Shown: positions 1-9,837, counted from the stretch's first letter. The stretch is DNA of 64,000 nucleotides from Campylobacterota bacterium (GCA_030152305.1 JASKOM010000001.1:265174-329173), one strand, 5' to 3'. Program-made: numbers and translations. Notes: a model not told the origin generated them from the sequence alone.

Positions 1-545
1 ATTAAAAAATTTGACAATTCATTTTTATAATCAGGAAAACATTTATCACAGCCAAGCGAATTAATTTTTAATTTAGTCGAAATGCCCAAATTATCAAAAA
101 TCTCTTTTGCCATTAAAATAATCGAAACATCTTCAAATGATGAACTTTCGCCAAAACTTTCACAACCAAATTGATGAAAAAGTCGCAATCGCCCTTTTTG
201 TGGTCGTTCATAACGAAACATCGAGCCATAATAAAAAAACTTTTCGCGATCAGCTTTTTTGTCTAATTTGTGTTCAATAAAAGCTCGAACAACTCCAGCA
301 GTTCCTTCAGGTCGAAGCGAAATATCAGAACCGCCTTTATCAACAAATTGATACATTTCTTTACCGACTATATCGCTACTTTCACCTACACTTCGTTTAA
401 AAAGTGCGGTTTCTTCGACAAGTGGAGTTTCAATAAATTTAAAGCCGTAATTTTTTGCTATTCGTGAAGCTGTTTCGATGATATGCTGAAACTTATCAGA
501 GTCTTCACTTAAAATATCATTCATACCTCTAAGAGATTTGACCAT
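1..545 (-). CDS. hisS: histidine--tRNA ligase, N-terminal ~181 codons (3' end lies beyond window start)
   Basis: Reverse translation from the ATG at 543-545 gives MVKSLRGMNDILSEDSDKFQ... It contains class-II HisRS motifs (EMYQFVDKGGSDISLRPEGT, FRYERPQKGRLRLF). It is absent from the ORF track because it runs off the window. Confidence 0.9.
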   Translation of the reverse strand, partial: MVKSLRGMNDILSEDSDKFQHIIETASRIAKNYGFKFIETPLVEETALFKRSVGESSDIVGKEMYQFVDKGGSDISLRPEGTAGVVRAFIEHKLDKKADREKFFYYGSMFRYERPQKGRLRLFHQFGCESFGESSSFEDVSIILMAKEIFDNLGISTKLKINSLGCDKCFPDYKNELSNFL

Positions 546-737
546 TGATTTTTTTCCTATTTTTAATTTTATGTTTGTATTCTATCAAATCGAATATTTT
601 TATTTATATAATAAAAATCGTGTTATGTAATATAAAAAATAAAATAAAAATAAGTTTATATGAATTGTTATAATAAATGTAGAGAATTTATCTCCCCCGT
701 TGTTTTGCAGGGAAAATAAATTAATTTTTTTGAGTTT

Positions 738-1733
738 TTAAAATTCTGTAATTAATTTTGTTATAAAATAGCCACCTATTAAAAGCCAAATAAACATAAT
801 TCCAGCTGTGTATAACGGTGCAAAACCTACACCTTTGAATTTTTTAACTGTTGTTTCCATTCCGAGAGCCGTCATTGCCATTGTTAATAAAAATTGATCA
901 GCGATATTTATATATTCAACGATATCTTTTGGAATAATATTTAATGAATTAATTCCGCTCATAACGATAAACAAAACGGCAAACCATGGAATAACCAAAC
1001 TATTTTGTCCATTTGTTCCTTTTGATAAATTAGAAAGAATAATTCCTAAGATTATTAACATTGGAGCAATTAACATTACTCGAGTCATTTTTACGATAAT
1101 TGCACTGTTTGAAACATCTCCGCCGTAAGTTCCACCAACGGCAACAACTTGAGCAACTTCGTGAATTGTAGCACCGACATAAATACCGAATTGCGAATCA
1201 TTTAAATCTAAAATGCCAGTCGATTTAACGGCTGGATATAAAAACATTGCAATTGTTCCGAAAAATACAACAGTCGAAACAGCGATTGCACTTTTATAAG
1301 ATTCTGATTTTAAAACTGGTTCTGTTGCTAAAACAGCAGCAGCACCACAAACGGAACTTCCAGAAGCTGTTAGCATCGAAGTATCTCGATCTAATTTAAA
1401 AAATCTCATTCCGACATATGTTCCAATTGCGAAAGTTGAAATAACGATCAATATTGAAATAATTGCTCCGTCAAGACCAACATTATAAATTTCTCCAAAA
1501 GTAATTCTAAAACCGTAAAACACAATTGCAAATCTTAAAATTCGTTTTGCTGAAAATTTAATTCCATCTGTGAATCGATTGCCAAAATTATCGCCAATCG
1601 AATTAGCATAAATCATTCCAAGAACGATACCAACAACAAGAGGAGAAAAACCTAATTGCTTTACCTCATCGATATGAGAAATAAAAGTCGCAACTGTTGT
1701 TAAAACAAGAACAAGAATAACACCTTGGAGCAT
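738..1733 (-). CDS. YeiH/UPF0324-family integral membrane protein (putative exporter)
   Basis: 331-aa polytopic membrane ORF. The C-terminal ...TALGMETTVKKFKGVGFAPL... resembles the YeiH family. Confidence 0.6.
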   Translation of the reverse strand: MLQGVILVLVLTTVATFISHIDEVKQLGFSPLVVGIVLGMIYANSIGDNFGNRFTDGIKFSAKRILRFAIVFYGFRITFGEIYNVGLDGAIISILIVISTFAIGTYVGMRFFKLDRDTSMLTASGSSVCGAAAVLATEPVLKSESYKSAIAVSTVVFFGTIAMFLYPAVKSTGILDLNDSQFGIYVGATIHEVAQVVAVGGTYGGDVSNSAIIVKMTRVMLIAPMLIILGIILSNLSKGTNGQNSLVIPWFAVLFIVMSGINSLNIIPKDIVEYINIADQFLLTMAMTALGMETTVKKFKGVGFAPLYTAGIMFIWLLIGGYFITKLITEF

Positions 1734-1771
1734 AATAAAAAAATCCTAAAAAAATAATATGAGTTTTGATT

Positions 1772-2010
1772 AAAAAATGAAGAGTTTGACGGAAAAATAC
1801 CGTCAAATTTAGTTTAACTTTAGTAGCCGTCCCATTAGAAGTCTAGTTCGCATAGCAACACCAAACTCGACCATGAGAGAAACTTTAGGTAAAATCAACA
1901 GGGATTTCGCACACGGTTTCAACTACGAATAGTCTTACAAAACTTTGTTCGAACCGCAAAATATGGAGTATCGAACTACCAAGCCAAACTGAACGAAATT
2001 GTATCTAATT
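1772..2010 (-). ncRNA. candidate structured RNA or 5' leader ending in an intrinsic terminator (family not recognised)
   Basis: This 290-nt gap has no ORF. On the minus strand there is a TACAAT-like -10 near 2000, internal helices (GTTCGA...TCGAAC), and a terminator hairpin TTTGACGG-N7-CCGTCAAA (1785-1807) followed by CTCTTCATTTTTT. Confidence 0.25.
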
Positions 2011-2025
2011 TTATATATATTTTTT

Positions 2026-2886
2026 TTAAAGATTTTCTAAAGTTGAATCACTCCAAAAACTCTTTGGAATATCACGATTAATTTTAATAGTTTTTACAGG
2101 CATAAAAATTACTCGTTCTGTATTATTTACATGATCGATACTGTATCGATAATTCATGATAAATTCATTGTTTATTTCAGTAAAATCACGATAAACAGAC
2201 AATAATAATTTATTATTTTCATTAAAATATAAAGTTTTTCTTTCTAGATTTGTATCTCTTTGAACATAACTAATTCGTTTTTTATACCAATTTTCATATT
2301 TTGGAGTTGATTCGATTTCGATATATTTATCGCTAATTTTAATAACTTCAGAAGGCAAATTCTTTGAATATTTTCCAGTTGTAAAACTTCCTCGTTCGAT
2401 TTCTAAATCTATATATTGTTCAGACACAAATCGATGATTTTCATCGTCATATTTTCTAAGTTTTAATTCAAAAAGAAGACTTTTATCAAGAATACCGAAA
2501 CCATTATGATCAAGAGGATTTCCAATTGATCTTACTTTTCTAATTGCGGGTAACCATAAAAGATATTTTGGAGTTTCATAACGATTATAAAACATTGTTA
2601 TCATTCCGCCAACACCTTTTAATGCTCCACTTTTTATAAAAAACATATCTCTATTTTCAATATTTAAATCAAACTCGTTATATAAATGTCGTTCAAAAAA
2701 AAGTTCAATTTCTCGTCCATCGCTATTTTTTTGTAAAACAACTGGATAACTATTTCCGTTTTTTTCAAACGATATATTTTTAAAATGCGAATATTTATTA
2801 TATTCAAAATATTTTTCGATGATATTTAAATCAAAACTATTTAATTCAAACGAAACCAAAAAGATCAAAGCAAAAAGTTTATACAT
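2026..2886 (-). CDS. secreted LolA-like (outer-membrane lipoprotein-sorting family) protein, tentative
   Basis: 286 aa with an N-terminal signal peptide (MYKLFALIFLVSF). The motif LWLPAIRKVRSI is reminiscent of the LolA_like family. Confidence 0.4.
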   Translation of the reverse strand: MYKLFALIFLVSFELNSFDLNIIEKYFEYNKYSHFKNISFEKNGNSYPVVLQKNSDGREIELFFERHLYNEFDLNIENRDMFFIKSGALKGVGGMITMFYNRYETPKYLLWLPAIRKVRSIGNPLDHNGFGILDKSLLFELKLRKYDDENHRFVSEQYIDLEIERGSFTTGKYSKNLPSEVIKISDKYIEIESTPKYENWYKKRISYVQRDTNLERKTLYFNENNKLLLSVYRDFTEINNEFIMNYRYSIDHVNNTERVIFMPVKTIKINRDIPKSFWSDSTLENL

Positions 2887-2972
2887 ATTATCTCCTTATA
2901 ATTTTTATTTGGAAATTTTATCAAAACTTATTACTTTTATAATTTATATTTTATACATAATTTATTAATAAA

Positions 2973-3003
2973 CGAAACAGCTATATATTTTCAAGCTGTT
3001 TCG
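2973..3003 (-). terminator. intrinsic terminator
   Basis: Hairpin CGAAACAGC-N13-GCTGTTTCG, followed on the minus strand by TTTATT. It abuts one copy of the GATGAGGT motif. Confidence 0.55.
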
Positions 3004-3017
3004 ATGAGGTTAGTTTA

Positions 3018-3572
3018 TTATTTATCGTCCATATTTTTACCAGCTTCTGATAATTTTTTTGTTAATTCAGATGCTTTTTTTGGATCCATTTTTGAAAAAA
3101 TTTGAGAAATAACTTTTGGATTCATATTTAATAAAATTTTCACACCTTCATCAGTATCTAATTCATTTAAAATCGTAGCCGATGATTTTGGTTTCATCTT
3201 AGAAAAAGAATTTGATAATTTATCCATTTTAACTTTTTCGATATCTTCCAATAGCTTTTTATTTTCAGCGATTAAACTTTCTATTTTTTTCTCTTTTGCT
3301 TCGATATCAGCTAATTTTTTATTAACTCCAGCTTCTTGTTCATTTAATTGTTCATTTTTTTTATTTAATAATTTTGTTGTTGCTTCTCGAAGAGCTTCAA
3401 GCGAATTTTCTTTGTCATTTAATCTTTGAATTTCAAGAGCTAATTCACCTTTTCGTTCCTCAAAAATTTTATTACAAATTACTAATTCATCTTTACCAAA
3501 AAGCAAAGAAAAACTAAAAAGAACAAGCGGAACTATTTTTATGGTCATTTTATTTCTAAACCAGAAAGCCAT
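3018..3572 (-). CDS. MotE/MgtE_N-like coiled-coil protein
   Basis: 184 aa with an N-terminal hydrophobic segment and a long coiled coil. The C-terminal [41 protein letters not shown] is an MgtE_N-type repeat. An alternative ATG at 3548 overlaps the argH stop as ATGA. Confidence 0.45.
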   Translation of the reverse strand: MAFWFRNKMTIKIVPLVLFSFSLLFGKDELVICNKIFEERKGELALEIQRLNDKENSLEALREATTKLLNKKNEQLNEQEAGVNKKLADIEAKEKKIESLIAENKKLLEDIEKVKMDKLSNSFSKMKPKSSATILNELDTDEGVKILLNMNPKVISQIFSKMDPKKASELTKKLSEAGKNMDDK

Positions 3573-4939
3573 AGTTCAAAAAATTCAATCTGTTTAATAG
3601 TCTGTTCTTGAGATGTTCCACCAAATGATTTTCGACTATTCATCGAATTTTTAAGCGAAAGAACCTCATCGACATCTGAACCAATTCGATCATCAATTTC
3701 TTGAAGTTTTTTATAACCCATTTCACTAAGATCAATATTTAATTTATCAGCTTCAGCAACCGCTCGACCAGTAATATGATGAGCCTCTCTAAAAGGAACA
3801 TTGCAAATTTTGACAAGATAATCAGCTAAATCTGTTGCTGTCAAATGTCCAGTTTTACAAGCTTTTGCCATATTTTCTCGATTAACTTTCAAAGTTGCAA
3901 TTGCTTTTTCAAGAATTTTCAACGAAATAATCGCAGTTTCGACAGAATCAAAAACACCTTCTTTGTCTTCTTGCATGTCTTTATTATAAGCAAGTGGCAG
4001 ACCTTTCATAACTGTTAAAAGCGAAATCATATTTCCAAAAACTCGACCACTTTTGCCTCGCAATAATTCAGCAACATCTGGATTTTTCTTTTGAGGCATA
4101 ATTGAACTTCCTGTCGAATATGCATCGCTAAAAGTTACGAATTTAAATTCATAACTGCTCCAAATTATTAATTCTTCGGCAAATCTCGAAATATGAACAA
4201 ACAAAGTCGAAATATTAAAAAGAATTTCAAGAGCAAAATCTCGATCGCTGACTGTGTCAAGACAATTTATCGATGGCGATTTAAAATCTAAAAGCGAAGC
4301 TGTTATATTTCGATCGATTCGATGAGGTGTTCCAGCAAGTGCTGCACAACCAATTGGCGAAATATTATTTCGTTCGATAGAGCTTTCGAATCGTTCGATA
4401 TCTCGTTTAAACATCGAAACATAGGCAAGAATATGATAAGCAAAATTAATCGGTTGAGCATGTTGCAAATGTGTCATTCCTGGTAAAAGAGTATCGATAT
4501 TATTTTTTGCCATGTCAATTAAAGTCTGTTGAAGTTTAATTAATAAATTTATAATTTTTCGATTATTTCTAAGAACATATAATCTAAAATCTAAAGCTAC
4601 TTGATCGTTTCGGCTTCGTGCAGTATGTAATTTTTTTCCAGCATCGCCAATAATTTCAGTAATTCGACTTTCGATAGCCATATGAATATCTTCGTCAGAT
4701 ATTTTAAATTCGAATTCGCCGTTATCGATTTCTTGTTCAACTTGTTTTAAAGCAACGATAATTTTCTCGACATCATCAGCTGATAAAATTCCAACTTCTC
4801 GCAACATTGTCGCATGAGCAATTGAACCAGCGATATCTTCGCGATATAACTTTTTATCAAAAGGCAAAGAGCCATTAAATTCTTCAAGCAGAGAGGAACT
4901 AGCCTCTTCAAATCGTCCAGACCACATTTTTTTAGTCAT
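3545..4939 (-). CDS. argH: argininosuccinate lyase
   Basis: 464 aa with a full-length ArgH-like sequence and the fumarate-lyase signature [12 protein letters not shown]. Confidence 0.95.
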   Translation of the reverse strand: MTKKMWSGRFEEASSSLLEEFNGSLPFDKKLYREDIAGSIAHATMLREVGILSADDVEKIIVALKQVEQEIDNGEFEFKISDEDIHMAIESRITEIIGDAGKKLHTARSRNDQVALDFRLYVLRNNRKIINLLIKLQQTLIDMAKNNIDTLLPGMTHLQHAQPINFAYHILAYVSMFKRDIERFESSIERNNISPIGCAALAGTPHRIDRNITASLLDFKSPSINCLDTVSDRDFALEILFNISTLFVHISRFAEELIIWSSYEFKFVTFSDAYSTGSSIMPQKKNPDVAELLRGKSGRVFGNMISLLTVMKGLPLAYNKDMQEDKEGVFDSVETAIISLKILEKAIATLKVNRENMAKACKTGHLTATDLADYLVKICNVPFREAHHITGRAVAEADKLNIDLSEMGYKKLQEIDDRIGSDVDEVLSLKNSMNSRKSFGGTSQEQTIKQIEFFELWLSGLEIK

Positions 4940-5190
4940 CGGATTCCTTTTAATTCTATTTTTTGTAATTGTAATATTTTTGAATTTTTATTAATCGAAA
5001 AATAATCTAGACCTCATCGTTTTGTTGTCAAACTTAACAAAAAACAACATGTAACATATTTATAAAATATATTTTTGTTAATTTTATTAATTTAGAACTC
5101 GATTTGACAAAACCGTTTTTTTTTTACAATTTGACAGCTCGTTTTTCGATGGGTGAAATAAATTTCTTTTAAAAAACAGGAGTTTGAAAA

Positions 5191-5424
5191 ATGGAAATAA
5201 AAAAGTTAGCCTTTTTAGGCTTTGTTGCAATTGGATTAAGTTCTAACTTGTGGGGAAAAACAGCTGAAGGCACGGGCTATGCACAATCTTCTGCTTTAAA
5301 AGAAGCCCATGATAAAACAAGATGTTATAGTGATGAAATAAAACAATTAGTAGACAGAACTTGTGAAGAAACAATGAAAAATTATTGGACATGCATCGTT
5401 ATCTACGAGTGTGTTAAACGATAA
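5191..5424 (+). CDS. small secreted cysteine-containing protein, unknown function
   Basis: 77 aa with a signal peptide (MEIKKLAFLGFVAIGLSS), four Cys residues, and a GGAG RBS upstream. Confidence 0.5.
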   Translation: MEIKKLAFLGFVAIGLSSNLWGKTAEGTGYAQSSALKEAHDKTRCYSDEIKQLVDRTCEETMKNYWTCIVIYECVKR

Positions 5425-5427
5425 AGG

Positions 5428-5832
5428 GTGAAAATGGCGGAAAATTTTGATGTTGAATATGTTGTGTCTAAAATTGACACAAAAGACAATTCAATGCTTT
5501 CATGTGAATGTTTAAATAAAGTGCCTACTGAATGGCTATTTTCAGATTCAAAACAAAAAACAATGTTGTATTACATTAAATTTGAGTATGATAAAAAAAC
5601 ATACTATAAAATAGGCATTACAGAGTCTTTACGAGAAAGATTTAGCAGTGAAGATAAGGATAAGTTCAAATTAATTGATGGCTTTAGTCTGAAAAATATT
5701 AAAGATCCAAAAGCAGTTGAATCTAAAATTAAAGAACTTTGCTTAAAAAATAAGGCTATTACTCACGATATTCTCAAATCTGGTAATACTGAAGTTTCAA
5801 AAACAGATTTCTTGGGTTGTTTTTCAAACTAA
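5428..5832 (+). CDS. T5orf172/MUG113-like (GIY-YIG superfamily) domain protein
   Basis: 134 aa. MLYYIKFEYDKKTYYKIGITESLRERF matches the Y-x-Y...YKIG-x-T core of T5orf172-type domains. Confidence 0.5.
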   Translation: MKMAENFDVEYVVSKIDTKDNSMLSCECLNKVPTEWLFSDSKQKTMLYYIKFEYDKKTYYKIGITESLRERFSSEDKDKFKLIDGFSLKNIKDPKAVESKIKELCLKNKAITHDILKSGNTEVSKTDFLGCFSN

Positions 5833-5845
5833 CTACTTTCTCAAA

Positions 5846-5887
5846 ACCTCATCGCAAAAATATAAAACTTTTCTTCATCGATGAGGT
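5846..5887 (+). terminator. intrinsic terminator formed by an inverted pair of the ACCTCATCG/CGATGAGGT motif
   Basis: AAACCTCATCG-N24-CGATGAGGTTT followed by TCCCTCTTTTT, immediately after the stop at 5832. Confidence 0.6.
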
Positions 5888-5910
5888 TTTCCCTCTTTTT
5901 AACAAACTAC

Positions 5911-5953
5911 AAAACTAAAACAAACATGAGTCCCGAAATAAATTCGGGATGAC
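5911..5953 (+). repeat. palindromic repeat element, copy E1 (AAAACTAAAACAAACATGAG + TCCCGAAATAAATTCGGGATGAC)
   Basis: Near-identical to 6998-7041. Core hairpin is CCCGAA-ATAAA-TTCGGG. Confidence 0.85.
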
Positions 5954-6125
5954 GAAAATCTTCTTTTTTTTTAAATTCCACAAACATATTTTTATTATTT
6001 TTTATTAACTTATTTAATTTTAATTTATTTGAAAATGAGGCATTGAGTTATAATTCGACAAGATCATTCCTCACGAACTTGCAAATGTGAGAAATGAAAA
6101 ATTCCAAAAAGAAAGCGGTGAAATT

Positions 6126-6998
6126 ATGGCATACAAATATGAATCTGTGCTGAAATCGTTCCAATACTCGACAGAGAGTTATCAAGTTATTTCTGATTTT
6201 TTATTATCAGGTGATAAAACAAATCCAAAAGTCATGTTAAAAGTAACAGAAATTTCTAAACATTTCAACAAACGACCTAATGATTGGTTTGCAAATCCTA
6301 CGGTTATAGACTTTATTAGAACTTTGATTTTAGTCAAATTAGAAAATAAAGATACAAAATTAATAAAAGCTTTTAAAAAATGGGCTAAGGAAGAAAAAGC
6401 AATTACCAGAAAATCTGGTAATTGGCAACACAGCGATTTTATCGATGTTATCAACAAGTTAGAACACAAAGCTATTATTGATTTTGCAAAGTCGATTGAA
6501 CTTATTATTGTCAAACGAGGTAATGCAGAATTAACAGGGGCTTCATCTGGAACTTGGATTAATCGAGACTTAGCTGTTAAATATGCTGAATGGCTTGATC
6601 CTAAGTTTTCAATTTGGGTTTCTCAAAAAATCTTAGAACTTGTTAATGACGGTGTTGCTTGGAATGAAATTCGAAATAAGACCAAAAAAGATTATTTGCC
6701 TCTCACAAGTGCAATTAAAAAATATGTTGTTCCAGCAAATACGAAAACAAAAGCGGATATTATTTACGGACAAATAGCAAACTTTATAAATTTGCGAGTT
6801 ACTCAACAAAAAGCAAAAGACATTCGCGAAGAACGACATATTCAAGCAAACGAATTAACTCGAGATTATTTCGAAAAACTTGAATTAGATCGAATTGCAA
6901 AACTTCAAATCTTCGCTGAAATGATCATTGCTCAATTAAATATAACTTATCTAATAAAATTATCAAATATGATCGCAAACTACAAATATCAAGACTAA
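6126..6998 (+). CDS. KilA-N domain DNA-binding protein with P63C-like C-terminal half
   Basis: SGTWINRDLAVKYAEWLDPKFSIWVSQKI is the KilA-N signature. The ORF track starts at 6087. The ATG at 6126 is preferred because of a purine-rich RBS. Confidence 0.7.
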   Translation: MAYKYESVLKSFQYSTESYQVISDFLLSGDKTNPKVMLKVTEISKHFNKRPNDWFANPTVIDFIRTLILVKLENKDTKLIKAFKKWAKEEKAITRKSGNWQHSDFIDVINKLEHKAIIDFAKSIELIIVKRGNAELTGASSGTWINRDLAVKYAEWLDPKFSIWVSQKILELVNDGVAWNEIRNKTKKDYLPLTSAIKKYVVPANTKTKADIIYGQIANFINLRVTQQKAKDIREERHIQANELTRDYFEKLELDRIAKLQIFAEMIIAQLNITYLIKLSNMIANYKYQD

Positions 6999-7041
6999 AA
7001 ACTAAAACAAACATGAGATCCCGAAATAAATTCGGGATGAC
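6998..7041 (+). repeat. palindromic repeat element, copy E2
   Basis: Direct repeat of 5911-5953. The two copies bracket the KilA-N gene. Confidence 0.85.
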
Positions 7042-7116
7042 ATATTTCGCTTAATAAACGCCCGATAAATATGTTTTTTTTAATTCCACGATATGTATAA
7101 ATAAAATTTTTAAAAA

Positions 7117-7524
7117 TTAATTGTAAGAAATATTTTTAATTCTTTGTAGATATTGTTCTAAGATAATTTTTGCAGATAATGAATCTATTCGACCATCGCG
7201 AGAATGCCTGATTTCGTTTCCAAGAATTTGTTCGGCTTCAAAAGAAGTTAGTTCTTCATTTTCGTAAATAATTTCGTTATCAAATTTTAATAACGATACA
7301 AAATGTTTAAATCTTCGTTCCATTTCATCTCGATTCGAACCGTTTGGAATACCAACAATTAATTTATTAATATTCCAATTTTTGATAATTTGACGAACAT
7401 CATTACTTGCAATATCTCTATTTTTACGAATGACTGCCCGTAAAGGAATTGCAATTTTGCCATCTTGAGAAATAGCAATACCTATTCGTTTTAAGCCAAT
7501 ATCAATAGACAAGATGTTGTTCAT
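7117..7524 (-). CDS. ruvX: Holliday-junction resolvase-like / pre-16S rRNA nuclease YqgF
   Basis: 135 aa with N-terminal ILSIDIGLKRIGIAIS. Size and pattern match the YqgF family. Confidence 0.85.
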   Translation of the reverse strand: MNNILSIDIGLKRIGIAISQDGKIAIPLRAVIRKNRDIASNDVRQIIKNWNINKLIVGIPNGSNRDEMERRFKHFVSLLKFDNEIIYENEELTSFEAEQILGNEIRHSRDGRIDSLSAKIILEQYLQRIKNISYN

Positions 7525-7536
7525 GTAAATTATAAA

Positions 7537-8064
7537 TTATTTTGAATTTTTAGCTTTTAAAATTGATTCATCAAGAATTTTAATTGCTTCATCGACACCA
7601 ACAAAACTTTTAATTTTGACCCATTTATTTGGTTCAAGCATCTTATAAGTTTCAAAGAAATTTTTAATTTTGTTAATAACAGCTGAAGATAAATCTTCAT
7701 ATGATTTTACTTTTTCAAAAGTAGGATCGACTTTTGTAACAGGAACAGCGATAAGTTTTTCATCCATACCAGATTCGTCTTCCATGATTAAAGCACCGAT
7801 TAATCGACATTTAATAACACTGCCAACGGCAAAAGAATGATCTGAAAGAACAAGAATATCAGCTGGATCGCCATCATTTGCAAGAGTATTAGGAATAAAA
7901 CCATAATTTGCAGGATAAAACATTGCAGAATATAAAACTCTATCTACAAAAATAGCACCACTGTCTTTATCAAGTTCATATTTAATACTTGAACCAAAAG
8001 GTATTTCAATGACAGCATGTAATTTATTAGGGATTTCACCGTAACCGACTTTTTCTAAATCCAT
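7537..8064 (-). CDS. ppa: inorganic pyrophosphatase (family I)
   Basis: YELDKDSGAIFVDRVL, PANYGFIPNTL and DGDPADILVL motifs. The start is placed at ATG 8062-8064 behind an AAAGGA RBS. The 24 extra N-terminal codons in the ORF track are unsupported. Confidence 0.9.
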   Translation of the reverse strand: MDLEKVGYGEIPNKLHAVIEIPFGSSIKYELDKDSGAIFVDRVLYSAMFYPANYGFIPNTLANDGDPADILVLSDHSFAVGSVIKCRLIGALIMEDESGMDEKLIAVPVTKVDPTFEKVKSYEDLSSAVINKIKNFFETYKMLEPNKWVKIKSFVGVDEAIKILDESILKAKNSK

Positions 8065-8207
8065 TTTAATTCCTTTAAGAAAATACAAGGGTTTCATTAT
8101 TTTAATAGAAGTAAAGAAAAAAATCAAGATAAACATCTTTTAGAAATATTAAAAAATCAATGCTTTTGAAATATTAGTTTCTAATCATTAAATTAAAAAA
8201 TTGTCTC

Positions 8208-8236
8208 TTGACTTTTTTTATTTTTATAATTATAAT
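8208..8236 (+). promoter_or_regulatory. sigma70-type promoter of the tRNA cluster
   Basis: TTGACT (8208-8213), a 17-nt spacer, and TATAAT (8231-8236), 23 nt upstream of tRNA-Gly. Confidence 0.6.
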
Positions 8237-8259
8237 TCCGCACAGATTTTTAATTGAAT

Positions 8260-8334
8260 GCGGGAATAGCTCAGTGGTAGAGCACAACCTTGCCAAGGTT
8301 GGGGTCGCGGGTTCGAATCCCGTTTCCCGCTCCA
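8260..8334 (+). tRNA. tRNA-Gly (anticodon GCC)
   Basis: 75 nt. Acceptor GCGGGAA/TTCCCGC, anticodon loop TTGCCAA, T-loop GGTTCGAATCC, encoded CCA. Confidence 0.95.
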
Positions 8335-8349
8335 ATTTAAGTTTTTGTT

Positions 8350-8437
8350 GCCCGGGTGGCGGAATAGGTAGACGCAAGGGACTTAAAATCCCTCGATAGT
8401 TTTTATCGTACCGGTTCGATTCCGGTTTCGGGCACCA
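8350..8437 (+). tRNA. tRNA-Leu (anticodon TAA)
   Basis: 88 nt with a long variable arm. Anticodon loop CTTAAAA, T-loop GGTTCGATTCC, encoded CCA. Confidence 0.95.
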
Positions 8438-8454
8438 CTACTAGTCAAACAGTT

Positions 8455-8529
8455 GGCGACATAGCCAAGTGGTAAGGCAGAAGCCTGCAAAGCTTTTATG
8501 CCCCAGTTCGAATCTGGGTGTCGCCTCCA
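8455..8529 (+). tRNA. tRNA-Cys (anticodon GCA)
   Basis: 75 nt. Acceptor GGCGACA/TGTCGCC, anticodon loop CTGCAAA, T-loop AGTTCGAATCT, encoded CCA. Confidence 0.95.
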
Positions 8530-8562
8530 TAGTTAACTGATGACTAATATATTATATTTCAC

Positions 8563-8652
8563 GGGGCGATGGCAGAGTTGGTTGATTGCACCGGTCTTGA
8601 AAACCGGCGAGGCTAATAACCTCCCAGGGTTCGAATCCCTGTCTCCCCGCCA
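8563..8652 (+). tRNA. tRNA-Ser (anticodon TGA)
   Basis: 90 nt with a long variable arm. Anticodon stem CCGGT/ACCGG with loop CTTGAAA, T-loop GGTTCGAATCC, encoded CCA. There is one C/T mismatch in the acceptor stem. Confidence 0.9.
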
Positions 8653-8658
8653 CAAATT

Positions 8659-9036
8659 CTAAATTTTACTTCCAATCCAAACCATTAAAATAGTTCCAAA
8701 AACATTTAAAATAATATTTATTAATGCTAATTTAATATTTCCTGCTTGTATAAACAAAAAAGTTTCATATGAGAATGTTGAAAAAGTTGTTAAACCACCT
8801 AATAAACCTGTTGTTAAAAAACTTTTGATTGTTGGATCAATTTGAATTGTATGAAAAAAAGAAAATAAAACTCCAATTAAAAAACTACCAAGTAAATTTA
8901 CAAATAAAGTGCCCAGCGGAATTGATAATAAATATAAATTATTATTTATTATTGCATTAAAATATAATCTCGATATAGATCCGATAAATCCACCAATGCC
9001 AACAGCTAAAATTGTTCCAATTGAAATATAGATCAT
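8659..9036 (-). CDS. crcB: fluoride ion channel CrcB/FluC
   Basis: 125 aa with 4 TM segments. GIGGFIGSISRLY and LGGLTTFSTFS motifs. Confidence 0.9.
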   Translation of the reverse strand: MIYISIGTILAVGIGGFIGSISRLYFNAIINNNLYLLSIPLGTLFVNLLGSFLIGVLFSFFHTIQIDPTIKSFLTTGLLGGLTTFSTFSYETFLFIQAGNIKLALINIILNVFGTILMVWIGSKI

Positions 9037-9042
9037 TTATTT

Positions 9043-9837
9043 TTATATTCTTTTTAATATTAAAATAGATATTAATATAATTACAGATGTTGCAATTATT
9101 GAAGCACCGCTTGGAATTGCAAAATAAAATGATAATAAAAGCCCCATTGTTGTTGATATTGTTGAAATTAAAATTGCTATTAATAATGTGTTCAAAAAGC
9201 CCGTTTTGAGTTGCAAAGCAGAAATCACTGGAATTACGATCATTGCTCCAATTAGTAATGAGCCGATAATATGAATTGAAAGTGCAACCAATAATCCAAC
9301 CATCGTAATTAATAAAAAATTTAAATAATCTATTTTTACACCGCTGACTTTTGCGACATTTTCATCTAATGATAAATATATAAAATCTCGCCAATAATAT
9401 GACATGATTATTAATATTGTTACGGCTAATATCGATAAATAAATAAGATCTTGATTTGTAATTGATAAAATTGAACCAAATAAATATGATAATAATGATG
9501 AATTAAAATTGTTGCTTAAACTAACTAAAATTATCGAAAGTGCTAACGAAGTTGATAATATTATTGCTAATAACGAATCAGAATAAATTTGATATTTAAA
9601 TCTTAAATATTCGATTAGCAGAGATAATATTAAGACTGTTATAATTGTTGAAATCGTTGGTGAAATTCCAGTTATTATTCCAATTGAAACACCTAACAGT
9701 GCAACATGTGCAAGAGTATCTGAAACCATCGCATATCTTTTTAAAACAATAAATATTCCAACTAATGGAGTTAATAACGATAAAATCGCTCCACCAATAA
9801 AAGCACGAATCATAAAATCATATTGAAATATTTCCAT
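9043..9837 (-). CDS. ABC-3 family metal (Zn/Mn) transporter permease
   Basis: 264-aa polytopic membrane protein with ZnuB/MntB/TroD-like sequence throughout. Confidence 0.75.
   Translation of the reverse strand: MEIFQYDFMIRAFIGGAILSLLTPLVGIFIVLKRYAMVSDTLAHVALLGVSIGIITGISPTISTIITVLILSLLIEYLRFKYQIYSDSLLAIILSTSLALSIILVSLSNNFNSSLLSYLFGSILSITNQDLIYLSILAVTILIIMSYYWRDFIYLSLDENVAKVSGVKIDYLNFLLITMVGLLVALSIHIIGSLLIGAMIVIPVISALQLKTGFLNTLLIAILISTISTTMGLLLSFYFAIPSGASIIATSVIILISILILKRI

Noticed and set aside
270-467. 65-aa plus-strand ORF
   Set aside because: It lies antisense inside the clearly recognisable hisS coding region and its sequence is low-complexity. It is spurious.
6182-6845. Minus-strand ORFs 6182-6514 and 6633-6845
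   Set aside because: They are antisense to the KilA-N gene, low-complexity and hydrophobic, and have no RBS. They are spurious. The same holds for the other short antisense ORFs in the track (for example 10487-10972, 11711-12088, 15268-15905, 27669-27968, 35958-36260, 46245-46988 and 50017-50244).
8174-8399. Two overlapping ORFs (8174-8377 minus, 8208-8399 plus)
   Set aside because: They are read across the tRNA-Gly and tRNA-Leu genes and their promoter. They are not coding.
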